This document shows, piece after piece, positions 1 through 21,510 of a stretch of 64,000 nt of DNA. Under the pieces are notes generated by a model. The model was given only the letters and a program-made list of their open reading frames with translations. It did no database searches and was not told the origin of the DNA. The stretch is from Tubiluchus corallicola. Taxonomy: Eukaryota > Animalia > Priapulida. Position 1 is the stretch's first letter. Every line of letters starts with the position of its first letter. The translations under genes were made by a program, and so were the position numbers. Location of the stretch: the NCBI GenBank assembly GCA_030141605.1, contig JAQGDQ010000003.1, positions 1,178,001-1,242,000 of the forward strand. Direction: 5' to 3'.

Positions 1-239
1 TGTTCACATTAGTGCTGCTTGGAATAAGCATATTATGGATCCCAGTTCTTTCGGTAGCTCACAGTGGACAACTATTCGACTACATCCAAGCTGTTACGGG
101 TTATTTTGCCCCTCCCGTGCTTTCCTGCTTTTTACTATCCATCTTATGGAAAAGAACATCTGAACCGGTAGGAGTAATTTTGGTCTTTGCAAGAGTTTCA
201 TCTGGAATTAAAAAATATGTCGCATAGAGAGAAACAATT

Positions 240-303
<64 letters not shown>

Positions 304-1771
304 CAAAAAACACAAAATAACGAAATTGAAAAGATATCCATTCAATTTCATTAACTGTCGTAGCGATGCAGCTCTTTGTCGTATCGTTCTTGACAAATGG
401 AAGTAGCCATTTAATCCACTGCTGTGAAATGTCTTTAAGTGGAATTAAAAAAAGAAAAACCTGAAAAACGAAATCACGAAGAACAATTTTTTGGGAAGTT
501 TTTGTAATTTCCTTATGGCCGTTATATCTTACAATTCTGGTTACCATTAAATATTTTGGAGAAATGCTATTATCCAGGATTGACGATAAAAATTGGTTTG
601 TTTTAGGGAGCATTTTGGGGACTAATGAGTGGACTGGTAATTGGTGTAATCAGAATGGCCTTAGACTTTGGTTATGGAACACCATCTTGTGGCGAAGAAG
701 ATAATCGACCCGCTATTATAGCAAATGTCCATTTTCTGCACTTTGCCATCATCCTTTTCGTCTTCTGCCTCTTTGTGACCATTGTCGTATCGTTCTTGAC
801 AAAGCCAATTCCAGAAAAAAAATTAAAGCGTTTAACATTTGCAACAAGATTTGATGAGGACAGTATCATTGACGATAATGCCAACAAAGAACAAATTAGT
901 AACAGCGTCACAACTCCGGCTTCTAGCGAACAGAAAGATGTTTGCTTTGCGTATACAACCCCTATTCAAGATAATGACAAACAGGTTCCAGTTCAAGATG
1001 TCATTGAACATAAAAGCGAAACAGAATCTAAATCAGGTAACATTATATTGATTTTTACCAATATTATTAGGAATAATATGGCTTATCATACTTGTACAAC
1101 AAACTTGTGTGAAAAGCGACACAAAATCCTCGTTGCAGCGTACCAAATCTGTAATTTGCCCTGACTGAAATGAATGTAACTCAGTTGGGGCAAAGATTAC
1201 TTACAGTACTAAATTATACTAATATTGTAATATAATATTATTGTAGTAATACTAAAACAAAAACCAAACATTCCAATGAATGTCTATAATAGTTACAGCT
1301 TACTAAGATTGAGTATAGACCTAAACTATAGTAAATAACAGACCGAACACAGATCAGCCTCAGCCAGGATTATAAGAGTTTTCGCTGTTGCACAGTACAA
1401 GTCAGGAGTAAAGTCAGAAGCCACTTTTCCCAATGGTCGTCCATTTATTAGCTTTGAGCAGCGTCGCCGAGTAACCGTTCATCCCGTCAAGAACTTACTT
1501 TGTAAGTTACATTAATATCAACTGCTATTAGGATGATTTAATTAAGTAAACAAATTATTTTTTCATTATAGGTACTAAAAAATTATCCGATTTTTTGTGC
1601 GGAATACTGTGTGGTACTGAAACTCCGTCAGAGTTAGCGGCTGATCACGAACAGGAGAGAAGACATCAAATTACGTCCATTCGCCAGGAAACAAAATTGA
1701 GCATTTTCGTGAACATTAATGCTGTACTTCTTATTTGTTCCGGCGTTTTTGTTTGGGTTTTATTTTGGTAA
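1..1771 (+). CDS. SLC5 (SGLT/SMIT-like) sodium:solute symporter, paralogue A; last three exons only (5' part lies outside the window)
   Basis: Exons <1-167, 607-1036 and 1572-1771 join in frame across GT-AG introns (phases 0 and 1). The translation has SSS-family motifs [24 protein letters not shown]|GAFWGL and [20 protein letters not shown], and a C-terminal TM segment ([20 protein letters not shown]). Confidence 0.92.
239..301. repeat. (AAC)n microsatellite, intronic
   Basis: Run of caa/aac triplets, directly visible. Confidence 0.95.
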
Positions 1772-2949
1772 AAAGACAACTATATGGCAGTCAAATGCTC
1801 AAACGCGCTATGACGATTTAAAACAAGTTTTTTTTGTTAACTCATTGTCTTATTTTAATTAGTTTTAGACCTTGTAATGACAACATTATCATAAACAAAT
1901 TAAATAATGGTATTGTTTTAAGTAATTCTGTTATGTTTGAATGCATTCACAAAAGAAGATGAATAGTGTTAGCATTTTGTTTTTTATCATTAGCACGACA
2001 GGGTGCAGTTATTGCATGATATTCGGAATAATCTTAAATCAAGCAATCTGATCTTGAAAATCGTTATTTTATTGTGTTGATGGATGAAGCACTGTTATTG
2101 TATCATTGTTACAACGTAGAAGTCGTTAACGTTGTACTGTGTGGAAAAATAGTTCTATAATATTATAACATGTAATACAAATTAATGCTGAAACGAAACT
2201 TCAATTTTATATTGTCACTTTTATATAATTGCCAGTATAAAGTACAACTCGAAAACAAAAAACTAAACTAAGTAAATTTAAATGATCATATATTTCAAAT
2301 TCAGCTCAATATATAACATCTTACTCACAAGTTGCGCTAAAATAAGAACTATTTATATGCACACCTACAAAAAGAAATAAAATAATTCACCGAGAAGTAC
2401 CCAGAAGAGACTCATATCACAGAAAAAAGGGCATCCCACAAGCCAACTAACTCTTTGATAATAGCAACTAAAATTTCAGTAATAACATAAGTGATAATCT
2501 AACAGTTTGGGATGCTAGCCACTAGCCTGCAGCGTGGTGCAAGCATACGTTCAGTGAAACTGAAGTGATATCTTCAGTATATCAAATTAAGTATTAATTG
2601 GCTTTAAATTTGTCATCTTGATGATCAGTTTGTCCTGCTGTTTGTCTTCTGTTGTTTGCTGGTTACTTAAAATCGTCGAATATACTCACTAACAACCTGC
2701 TCTCCATTGACACAACTTGCGCAAGTTGCTTCTTACAATTGTTGAGTTGTAATTGATTTTTGATTTGTAAAGTCATTTCCCCACTAAAGTTTTCCTCTAA
2801 ATGAGCTTAAGGCTGGTATCTTTCCGGTAATTAAACCTGGATGGGTTTCAATATACATGTATTGAATATATTGAATTGTCTGCCTTGTTCATTTTTGAAT
2901 TGCCTGCCTTGTTAGTTTTGGCGAATTGACTTGTATATATTTTCAAGTT

Positions 2950-3090
2950 TTTGAACCCTAAAGGTTAAATAACTCTTTTATTCGTGACCTTGAACTTTTA
3001 CCTAAAGCCATTGAGAACTATAACAGGGCATACCTGTATGGAAGCAAACCTAGAGCTATCCACACTGTAAAAAATGACCGACAGGAAGAG
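2950..3090. mobile_element. Possible Helentron/HINE-like non-autonomous fragment
   Basis: Contains gtgaccttgaactttta, resembling the tgaccttgacctttga core repeats of invertebrate Helentron-associated elements. No termini identified. Confidence 0.25.
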
Positions 3091-4632
3091 TAAGAAAGAG
3101 GTGAGATAGCTTGTAACGGTTTAAGAGTTGTTAAAAATTTGACGAAACATAAAAACGAAGTTTTACTTAACTTTCAGAAAGATCCATTTCATCATTTATA
3201 AAACTAGACCATTAAAATCTGCTATTAGAAAATAGAAATGACGGGAACGTGTTTGACACTGTTGTTATTGTCGCCGTTGACGCTACAGCCGCCGTCGTCA
3301 TGTCGTTGTTGTTATGCAGTCACTGTCACTGTCACTGTGTTGTTTGTTGTTTTTTCCTGATGTTGTTACTGTTACTGCTGGTGCAGCCATGTTGTTGTTG
3401 ATAAAGCTTTTGGCGCTCAACATAGTTTTTTAACGCTGACATCTGCTACAGTGTGCACTAAACACCAAACTTTTTTGGGCTATAAGTTAAATTCATCATT
3501 CTCGTCGTTTAAAAAACTGAACATTGGTCCATGGTGTTTACTCAGAACAGGTCAGGGCCACTGTTTAAGGTATCAGATAAACCTACGATCTAGCAAGCAA
3601 GTAAGTAACGTTTTTATTTGCCATAACGACATTGCGAATAATAAACAAAAGATACTCAGTCAATGAAAGTTAGAAGGCACACATTGTTTGAGGCACATAC
3701 GTCCATGCAAAAACTAACCAGGTGTAAAAATAAAAACATAACTATGAAGTTTGCATTAATTTATTTTAAAATGATATGTTTTAGAATTTTGCGTCTTACA
3801 TTTACCTGCCTGATGAGTGTAATTTCTATTTTCATCCAGTATCACAATTATTAGTTAGCAAAACATAATTTAATCAACCATAAAGTCCGTACTTGTGCTT
3901 AGCAACAGCTCCAAGTGATTCACCCAATCTATACGCGCTTGATGTATATGACCATATAAAATTTAATTTCTATTTAAAATTTAATTTAATGCTGAATTTA
4001 CTACTTGAGATTTTTTTATTGCTTCAAAGATCGCGCAGCTTTCCTTCACGTGAAAATCAAGCAAATTTAAAAACGTCTAACATGAATTATTTATTACTAT
4101 ATCGAAGATAAATTAGTTCTAAGCCGGCATTCCAGTTACTGTGCACGCACGCAATAACTCTTTACGTGCTTCAAGAATCTTGAATATTTGTTTAGTGGTT
4201 TGCACCCGGGTATTACTCTTCTGCCCTTGCGAAGACAACCAAGGGCGAATGTCTAATAATACAACGTTAGAAACGGGGAACAGAGTGTTCTCTGAAGTAA
4301 TGGCTACGGTCTGAAAGAAGTTTTGGACAAACAACAGCGCGGGGTTCTGCAAAAAGACAAATTATTGATGAGATTAATAGAGTGAAGTTTTAGGCTAAGA
4401 ATCTATTTAAAGCTTCAAAATAAACTTACAATTTTGTATTTAGTGTCGTGTTGTTTGTAGTCTTCATGCATTTTCTGTTATTGCGTTTTTCGGACGAAAA
4501 TAAAGCTCTTACTGGGTCAACTGGACACACACACTGCTAATGAAATGAAGCAAAAGATTCTTTTTTCTACTGCTTAATTACAACGATCGTTCGAGTTGCC
4601 CAAAACCTTTACGCTCTTTACCACACGTCGTG

Positions 4633-12006
<7,374 letters not shown>

Positions 12007-12829
12007 TACGTTGATAAGAATTTCATGAAGAAACGTTCTATGGTGTGGATGTTTTATAGGCCTGCAATTATGCTAACTGAATTCAGTTATGTGTACGAGA
12101 AGACTGTTTTATACCAAATTGTAATCGCATTTAGCAATCTTCGTAAGAACTCAGCTTAGGCAATATTTCCATTGGCATGTTCATTGCTATTTATTATAAT
12201 ATGGAGATTCGGATGCGCTTCTAGTAAAAAAAACATTTGTGAAACCCAAATTGTTTTTGTAACCTTCGATTAGTTATATGTATTCATATTGGCGAAGATT
12301 CGTTTTCTTTATTCCTCACCAAACAGAGAGCGAGGCATCACCCAACCTACAGGATAATGCATGTTACATGGTCCAACAATTATGAAGATCAAGTGCATGA
12401 AACCAACAACGTTTGTGAAAAGGTCCACATAATAAGGCAAGTTTTGTGGAGAATTTATTGGCATTCTTTGGTAGTATCCAACTGACTTTAATGAACGTAA
12501 TATTATAATGAGATAAATTAGAACTTCGGTTTTTTAACACAGCTTTCTACCAATTTTCGTACATAATATTTTAGTAAACCTGACTTGCCTAGCTGCGCAT
12601 TATCAAAATCAATTCGTGTTTTTTAACTAAAGAATTTGTACTGACACATATGAATTAAAGTGTGCTTTCAATTTTGCTTTAAAAATTCTGTACACCTGAA
12701 GATTACCATTTTGTGTATGAAAGTACACCTTGTAAAACTATAATAAATTTACAGCGTTTATCTCATTATGCGGTCACTAGAGTTGATTTTTAAATACTAC
12801 ATGCTACCCTCCTTGCGAGACTTACCCGG

Positions 12830-12950
12830 ATGCCGCTTCGCCGTGTACCATGACGTTGCGTACCGCTTTTACATGTACCACCTCGCTGTGTGCTGCTGTA
12901 ACATCTACCGCTTCACTATGTACCGTCTTGCGGTGTGCCTCCTTGCAGTA
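12830..12950. repeat. Degenerate 15-bp minisatellite (~8 copies, consensus like taccgcttcgctgtg)
   Basis: Successive units tgccgcttcgccgtg, taccatgacgttgcg, taccgcttttacatg, taccacctcgctgtg ... taccgcttcactatg, taccgtcttgcggtg. Confidence 0.7.
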
Positions 12951-15313
12951 TATGGCGCTGGAGTACAAAGCGAGAACTTCTTGATGCACAGAGAGGGGTA
13001 CAAGGTTATTGTACCATCAAATTGATTGTCCTACATATTATGTGATTTTGAAAATGGAATCTGAAGTTGCAAATTTCACGTCATCTCTGATTATTGTCAA
13101 TTAATTATCAAACCGTTTAAAAACTGTTTACAGTTCACATGGCGGGATTTCACATTTTCTTTCTTCTGTACATCTAAAATGAAAACTTGACGAAAAACTT
13201 ACTATTCAGATTGAAGTTTGGCATACTTATTGCAATTAAATTTATTATTATATTCATTATCACACACTTTAGGTTTTATACTCACAACATATTAGACTTC
13301 AACAAATCATTACATGTGGACGTTTTTACACTTCGGGACAACGCTCGTAGTTAAAGGTACGATGACATATCTGGAAAGCCTTTCGGCTCACGCTTTAGGA
13401 CGTCGACATGCGTTACAGTACTTTTCCCGTTTTTCCTTACTCACCCTCCGTCTTACATAAACGTACACTTTCTTACGCTGTCACACTTAATTCAAATAAT
13501 TATGCAATAACTTAAATTTTTCTGGAGTTGCTTGTATTACGCGCGTTACTCGCAATATGTTCCTATTCTACTTCACTTGCCAGTTTTGGTTGAAAAGTGC
13601 TGCCAGCACAAGATTTTCCTGATTTCTACTCAATTTTGATAAGCAAGATGTTGTTAAGATTAGTTGTAGTGTCCGCCCAAGTTGCATTATCCCATAACTC
13701 TCGGTAAAACCACACTCGTAATTGTTACATTGCCGGTGATTAATCACGTTTATCTTCGCCGAAACCAGCATTATCTTTCTTCACCTGATGCTTAGGTTAT
13801 AAATGGCTTTAGTCAAAATGCAGGAGCATCCGTTGATTTACATCCGTTAGCTAATTAGTGTAGTCCATCAGTGTAATCTGGACGTCACACATTACAATAA
13901 TTGAAAAATGGGCTTCACCTCGAGTCCATTACGGTAGGTTGGTGAGGTTGTTGCTCTGAACTGTGAGGAGCATCACCGAGAGGTTACAGAGTGTGTTTCG
14001 TGACTAAAATTAAGCATTGCCGAGGTAAATCAGTGAACACTTCTGGCTGGGTGCAATAGCAATTCTGAGACTGAGAGTAAACTGCTTGTTTACCTTGCAG
14101 GAGGACCGACGTAATGTAGACATCTCTGTTAGTTCAGTGGCTTATCTTAAATATGTTAGCTTTGGTAATAGCAACGTAATGAAATTATCAAAAAAATTTT
14201 TGATGATTACCAAAAAATGCTCAATGCTCTGATACACATTAACTTAATAAATTTTTTTATCCAGAATTGTCTATTACCAGCACTCCCCTGAAGGCAGGGC
14301 CAGAATTGGGGTGGAAAACAGTATAAGAACATTTAATTTAGCAAATTATAAAATCTAAAATCAGTGAAATTTGCCTGCAGAACTTTATTTTTATCTTACT
14401 GCAAGAAATCTGTTTTGAAGCAAACTGTCTCAGAAAAAATTGCCCACACACAGTAGTTTTTGTATGAAGAATCCTGCGTCTTAAGTAACTTAGATGACAT
14501 GTGACAACACGGTTGCCTTTTATTGGTCTGACCTGGCTTTGCCTAATGCAAACTTTTGCACCGAGCAAGCACTCGGGAACAATATGAGTGTTACTCAGAG
14601 AGAAAATCAAGTACGTTTAATAAAAATCTGTGTACGACAAAGTTGGAAAAACATCGTTTACCGAGCATGCAGACGAGCGAAAATCTGGGTCATACAAGTT
14701 GTTGCAGACAGATTTTTGTAACGGCTGCGTCTGTAATTCACAAGTAGATATGAACTTGTTTTCAATATTTCAATTATTATAATTTGTTAATGTGTTTTTC
14801 TACATCATTTCCACTCCTTATTGTCAGAAATAAAAAAATCAGTGGAGTTCTTGAAGAAATGGGTCAAGACACTATTCCCATTGAGAAACCAATATGTATC
14901 TCTGTCTGCTTGTGGCTCTCAGGGCTGATAATAACGGTGGTACCAGATACTAAGTGTTCTTTACTCAAAATTTAATGGTGTTTTTGGTAGTTTTGTCGGT
15001 TTTTATCTGTTCTTTGTGGCACAGTAGGAGGAAATCATTTTATGACACCGTTAAATACACATCTGTACAACATCATTATACCCGCAAATAACACGTGTAC
15101 GGCAAGTTTGCATTAACTGCTGCAATATAGCTTAATTAGTCGCCTCCATGCATGCAGGCAAATCATAGTTCATAAACCTATATACATAATATCAGACATT
15201 CACAGGAGTAATTAACAAGTAACTCGGACGTATATAATAACATGCATTAGTCCAGTGACATACTTATGAAGGCTTGTTTACTGTCCATATAAATTATGAG
15301 ATCAATAATTTGC

Positions 15314-15315
<2 letters not shown>

Positions 15316-15346
<31 letters not shown>
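15316..15346. repeat. (TA)n microsatellite
   Basis: Directly visible. Confidence 0.95.
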
Positions 15347-15349
<3 letters not shown>

Positions 15350-15649
15350 AGTATATATACATATATTCTATATAATCTTTATTTGCCATTAAAATATATT
15401 AATAATCACTGAAATAAGACTTTACACAGATGAGTGTTAGTCAGTGTTAGTTACTAAAAACTTACACATCTAAAGGCAGATGCGCAATCAGTGCAATCTA
15501 AACTACTGTGCAGTAGCGAAAAGTAATGCCGAATAAAAATATAGCATATTTGCAACTATTCATAAGAATTAAAAATTATGATTCAGTTAATATGGCCGCG
15601 GACACAGAAATTCTGAATTAATTTGTATGTTGTCGTACTAGAGGTATCC

Positions 15650-15820
15650 CATATCTGGTTAATATTAATGATTTTAATTTTGTTTTAAATGCTGATAGAG
15701 ACCTGATTTGTTTAACCTGTAATGGTAGAGAATTCCAAAATAGAATTGCTTGCTTGATTATAGAGTTGGTCCCATAGTGGTAATTTGTCCTATTGATTGT
15801 AGAGTTGGTTCCATAAATGG
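15650..15820 (-). mobile_element. 3'-terminal ORF2 remnant of a CR1/L2/Crack-type LINE
   Basis: Translation RTNYHYGTNSIIKQAILFWNSLPLQVKQIRSLSAFKTKLKSLIL matches the 'WNSLP..(I/V)K...S...FK..LK' motif that ends ORF2 in these LINEs. Confidence 0.75.
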
Positions 15821-16384
15821 GTATTTCGCACACACTCAAGCGCGTACACAACAATTTGACTTTTTCAAGTGCAACAGCTAGCGGAATTTACTAAACATTT
15901 ACTACCTATATGATGACAACATACTGACACTCAGCTATAGTCGGTAAACTTATGTCAAGCAATAATCTGTAAAGTCATGCCAAGAAGGATAATTTTCTGT
16001 ATTGAGAGGGGGGGTGTTGACACAGGAATTTTCTTTCCTACAAAGCCCAAGTAAACTCGACAAGCAATTTTTGCAGACAGTTGAAATTAGTACCCAATTT
16101 AGTTTAGTTATCGCACTGTTATGCGGTATATAATAGTAGGTACCTGTTGCTGTAAATTAAACTTTAAATATAAATTGTAAATTATAGTACGCTGTATATT
16201 GTTAAGTGGTAGATTGCAATGGTGGTTTTGACGAGACTAATGGGGTTATATATGTCGCATACGGGTTTGCTTAGGATCAACCAATATAATATCAATGAGG
16301 CTTACAGCAATCAAAACAGCATGGAATTTACATGTACAAAGAACATTCACACATTACAACATACCTAATTACCACGGACAAATT

Positions 16385-17056
16385 TTAATGAAATTTGTCT
16401 GGTACTGGCGAATTGTCAGTACGCTTTCTGATTCGGGCCATTTCTTTCTCAAATAGTTTTTTGTCTTGCATACGAGGAGTTTTACTTGTGCCTTTTCGCG
16501 CAGAGGAGGGTTTGGATGAATTTGATTCGACCTTCTTGCGATGAGCTTTGTAATAACCTTCCTTCATACACGACGCGACGTAAGATAACATCGTCAGCCA
16601 TGCTGCTCGTACCTCGGGCGTGAAACGACGGTCTAGTTTCTTAGCCAAGACATATAATATGGAGGCAGTGAATTCGTCAAAAAAGTCTGGACTGAAGCCT
16701 CTTTCGGTATAATTAATATGGCTTCTTCCAAGAGTAATTAGCAGCGGTTCCAACTGTAATTTCAGATCGTCCAAATGATCTACGGCGGCACCAACTGCTT
16801 GCATGAAACGCGATGAGTGTCCTATGAAATCTGGATTTTTCAATAATTGTTCTCCCTCGACGTTTTTGCACGGGAACAATGTTTTTACGGTTGGGTTTAT
16901 GTCAAAAATTTTCAGAAATACTTCACTTCCTATGGTGGTAAGGTTGAATTCGCTTGTTAACCATTTCCAGGTGCGCCTTATCAACCTCTTATCCTTCTCT
17001 GTCAGATGTACTGTTTCACAAGCAGGATGGGCATTCATTGAACAAGATGTACCCAT
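16385..17056 (-). CDS. Globin (globin X/neuroglobin-like), 223 aa, predicted N-acylated, single coding exon
   Basis: ATG at 17056 gives MGTSCS, preceded by a ttttgcag acceptor (exon start ~17078). Globin fold motifs: LTEKDKRLIRRTW (A helix), IGSEVFLKIF (B), KTLFP (CD1 Phe), FIGHSSRFMQAVGAAV (distal E7 His), LGRSH (proximal F8 His), FTPEVRAAW (H helix). Basic C-terminal tail. Confidence 0.93.
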   Translation of the reverse strand: MGTSCSMNAHPACETVHLTEKDKRLIRRTWKWLTSEFNLTTIGSEVFLKIFDINPTVKTLFPCKNVEGEQLLKNPDFIGHSSRFMQAVGAAVDHLDDLKLQLEPLLITLGRSHINYTERGFSPDFFDEFTASILYVLAKKLDRRFTPEVRAAWLTMLSYVASCMKEGYYKAHRKKVESNSSKPSSARKGTSKTPRMQDKKLFEKEMARIRKRTDNSPVPDKFH

Positions 17057-18872
17057 AATGAAAGTTTTGTATTTTGAGCTGCAAAATGTCGATACAAAAA
17101 TCAAACTGATGATAACCGTTTGCACAAACAGCTCATGAATATAAATCACATTCTTCCACTTATTTCATTGTCCATTAATTCCGCTTTAATATAGTGCCAC
17201 GTACTATAATATTATAGTTATATGAATTTACATGTAGATGGTTTTTATTCTTTTGTCTTTTTTACTCCTCAAATTTTCATCGTCAATCTGCTTTTATTTG
17301 ATGCTACACTATGATTGGTACCAACTCTGTACACAAAAAACCGTAAATGTTGAGGTTTCATCTGCATATACTAAAATTCATTATTTGCTCTAGGAATATT
17401 AATGTTTTCATGAGATATGAAGATTACTGTTATTGTACCCGCTCTCACAGTTAAAAATTAACACGTCATAAGCTTGTGTGCGTGCACAGGTTTTTACACT
17501 GCAACAGATTACTCAGCAGGAGAAAATAATAAGACACTTTGCAATAGAGAAGCTTTTCCTGAAATCACTACACATTACGCTAAATATCACTTACGCAGGT
17601 ATGTCGTTATCATTACTCAGCGTGTTCAACCTGAGACCCTATTAACATCCATTGCGCATTTCTTGGGTAACCTTCATTAGTTAAGTGTAAGCCATAAAGC
17701 ATCGCAAACAGGTAAATTAAGTTGGCGAAGAAACCCTACTGAAGCCTGCTGTAGTCAAATTAATAGTAATAAGCACTTGCAGTGCAGAAGAGTAGGTGCC
17801 ATGGTTGTCAAGTATGAAACACTCTTGGGATACAATTATTTCAGCTGAATCACCACAAATATAGTATTTCGGCAGCTTTGGAAAGAATAATCCTGTAAAT
17901 TGGGCTAATAATAAGGGATTTTGATGTCAAAACAGTGAAACCAACCGCTATTTAATAAAAAATATGTACAATTTATTATACATTATCTACTTATAATAAA
18001 TATAGGCCATTTAAATTGACTGCTTCGTTGAGATGAATAAAATTGACATTTGAGAGTGGATAAAATTGTAATTGCAAAATATGATTTTAAAATCAACGAC
18101 TATCACACTGACAGTTCTGAAAAAAAGAAAAGGCGCTTACAACTACTTAAAAAGGCAAAACACAGTATCATGAAAAAATGCTCTTGCTACATTAACATTA
18201 TCATTGAAAACAGACGAACTACATATGAAGTGCACTGTTTGTGTGATTTTCAATACGTCGTTGCAAGGTGATTTCGGTAATTTTTCTGCATCCATTCTGT
18301 TAATTTTTTCTCATAAAATGATGTTAAGCAACTAGCAAAGCGAATTTCGTAGCAGTATAACTATAACCGGCAGAATGATTACGATTAGGCTAACTTTAGT
18401 TGAAATCATAGTAAAATTATTAAATGTCTCTGTGAGTCTAGTAATAATAATCTTCGATAGTGCATATTAGTGTTAAAAAAATTAGTCATCGTTCTTAATT
18501 ATGACCAAGAATTCGACAGTTTTTTTGTCGTACTATAATTGATTTCACTCAGTTTTGAGCACAGCAGATTTTAATGATTCCACTATAAAGTATACAATCG
18601 CTGCAAGGACGCATGCAACAACAACCTAAAAATTGTAAAAATTTTCTTTTGTTGCTTATATTTTTCTTCTCATTTTTCTTCTTCAGCTCCCCTCTTTTTC
18701 CTTTTTCTACTTCTGTTCCCTTACTTCACTTTTTGTTTACTCCGAGTGCTTCGTCAATGGCACTGCGTTGTTACTAAACCCATTCAATTCATTATTTTGA
18801 TCAAACGTGCGGAAATTGGCTCGTAATTCTGTGTGACATTTCTCTTCAGCAAATCTTACTTTAGTACAACGC

Positions 18873-21237
18873 TCAACACACTGTACCACCAGCGTTTGAA
18901 GTCGTATATACACTAAAACGTTTTTGTCCTTGGTCACAATCTTGTCGATTTAAGTGACCTGATAACTGTCTCCAATCGAAGGTGCTTAACATGCGAGCAA
19001 AATTGCTCCTAATTTCACTTGAAGCTCTATCTACTATTGTTTCTCCAAGATATCTATCACCACCGTCACTGCTGCTGCCACCTCGATTCTCTTCTAGCCC
19101 AAGTCTCCACATCAACAGACTTACTGCTGAAGTCACTACAATAAGGGCAAACATAGTTACTACTACTACGGCGGCTTCAGTTCTGCCTATACAGTCACCC
19201 GTCGCTGTATCACTTGCTGCAATGAAAAATAATAACTGTGTATATACAATAGTTCGAATATTATTATTTCTAGTCTATCTCAAATTATTTACTCCAAATA
19301 CTCCTTGCATGCTTAATGGCATTCATAAAAGTACAACCAACACTTGTATGTTGCCTGATACACGAGTGTTTTCTATAAACCATTCTGAATCTAACCTAGC
19401 ATATTAGCTGTGTGAAACATTAGTTAGTAATCTCCTCTCTGCACAACTGACATTTAGATCACTGCCTCATCCACCCATTTTGTTAACATTAACTTTAAAG
19501 CATAAATTTTATCAGTGAATAGAGCAACACAAGATAATGTTATAAAAAGCCTTACCAACTAGAACAGGTTGTACTTCCCCGTCTTCTTCACCTCTGAGAA
19601 GTACTTTAATGTTTCTGAAGATATCTATTCTGTATGATACAGAATTGTTCTCATAACCCTGGTTAGGTTCCAAATGAACATCTCTACGCTGTCTATGAAC
19701 CTGACACACTTTCTGTAAAATGATTTATTACATTGTTTTCAAATGAGACACAGAGAAAAATAATAAGAAAAACTAGCTGACAAGATTTCTGACGTGGAAA
19801 GAAATTGAAGATTTTGCAAACAACAGTTACTGTACGGCCTGGAAAAGACGTTAGCTTGTGTCTGAAAGTCACAACACTTTTATTGAATTCGCTTGATTAC
19901 CTAGGAATTGCGCTTCACAAAGAAATCGTAACTTGTAACTTTTCAACCTGAGACTGTGGTCAACCAATCTGTCAACTTTTACCGTTTAATTCATCTCAAT
20001 GAGACCTTTATTTGATAGGCTACAAACTAGTTTCGATCGACATTGGAAGGCATTCGTCTCTTCGACCTTGCCTATGTCACCGTGACCTAGCCACGCCCAC
20101 TTTCTGATAAATACGTAGTGCACGTCTATGCTTACTTTTTCTACCATTCTCTGAGCACCGATCTCAGATGTTTTTCCTGAAAGGCTCGTGATTCTGGAGT
20201 CATAGACATGGCCCAGGTTTCTTGTTTTGGCTCATATTTCGAGCCCTTGAGAACTACCAGCTTTTTAAAACCACATGTGAACTTCTACCCAATAGTACTT
20301 AAATACTTGTGAAAAAAAACTGAAAATACTTAAAGCCCTGTGAGAAGAAGAGGAACAACGGAAAAACAGAGATGCCGCTGCCCTGACTCCTTGACCAGCT
20401 GTATAGCCGTAATTATAGCGAAATCTTAATTATCAACAGTTGACAAAAACATGGCAAGTGTATTTGGCAGATCATCTTAAGTTTAAAAATATGAAGTAGA
20501 ATCCTAACATTGTACCAGAAAAAGAGAAAAAATAACAATTTTTATTTAAAGTTAGCATTTCGCATTCTGCCAGAAATAGAAAGAGAGGTACAAAACTCCA
20601 TTTTTCAATAAATTTTGTCATTTGGCAATCAATTATCATCCAGTGGCGGAGAAGACTAGCTGACAGGAATTGAATACTCAATTAAATAAAAATAACTTAT
20701 TTATAAATAAATAAAGATAATTGCCAGTAAAATTATCTCAAAGTTACTAAAGCCATGTTTGACGTTTTGCACTTTTTATGCGACACATGATTATTTATCA
20801 TGCATTGTTTTTTTTACATCAAGTGATACCAACGTCTTTGATTGAGTATTGCCTGAGTCGACATTTGGTTAAACTTTAGACATCTTTGGCCTAACTTCTA
20901 AGCAACCTAAGCATCGTTCGTTACAACCTAATTTCATTTACCCTTTCGCATTTTTCTTGACAAATGTTAACTTCACACTCAAAATAAACGTTGTCTCTGT
21001 CTGGAAACTTAAAAACTTCGAATATTGCCGCATAATAAGTGAAACCATCATTTTCATAATTAAGTTTTCGAAATGGTCCAACCATCTTCCTGTGCACAGG
21101 GCATCTGCAAAAAAATAAAAATATAATTTTTTTCCTGCTTCCTTCATTCTTTCTGTCTTTAGCTTATTCGTATGTGCTCTCTTTTTCACACTCGAAATTA
21201 CACACATTTAATCAAATTGCGGTTTAATAAAAGATTT

Positions 21238-21297
<60 letters not shown>

Positions 21298-21326
21298 GCT
21301 AGCTAGCTAGCTAGCTAGCTAGCTAG

Positions 21327-21391
<65 letters not shown>

Positions 21392-21477
21392 CAACCAACC
21401 AACCAACCAACCAACCAACCAACCAACCAACCAACCAACCAACCAACCAACCAACCAACCAACAACTAACTAACTAT

Positions 21478-21510
<33 letters not shown>

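Noticed and set aside
13560-14150. Possible decayed leucine-rich-repeat gene on the minus strand (LSVMLLTVQSNNLTNLP; NGCSCIL)
   Set aside because: Only one LRR-like motif among many stops; compatible with chance.
17057-17149. 31-aa hydrophobic N-terminal extension of the globin ORF as a signal peptide
   Set aside because: It starts at GTG and spans a T-rich tract ending in a ttttgcag acceptor, so it is more likely intron. The first in-frame ATG gives a canonical MG acylation motif.
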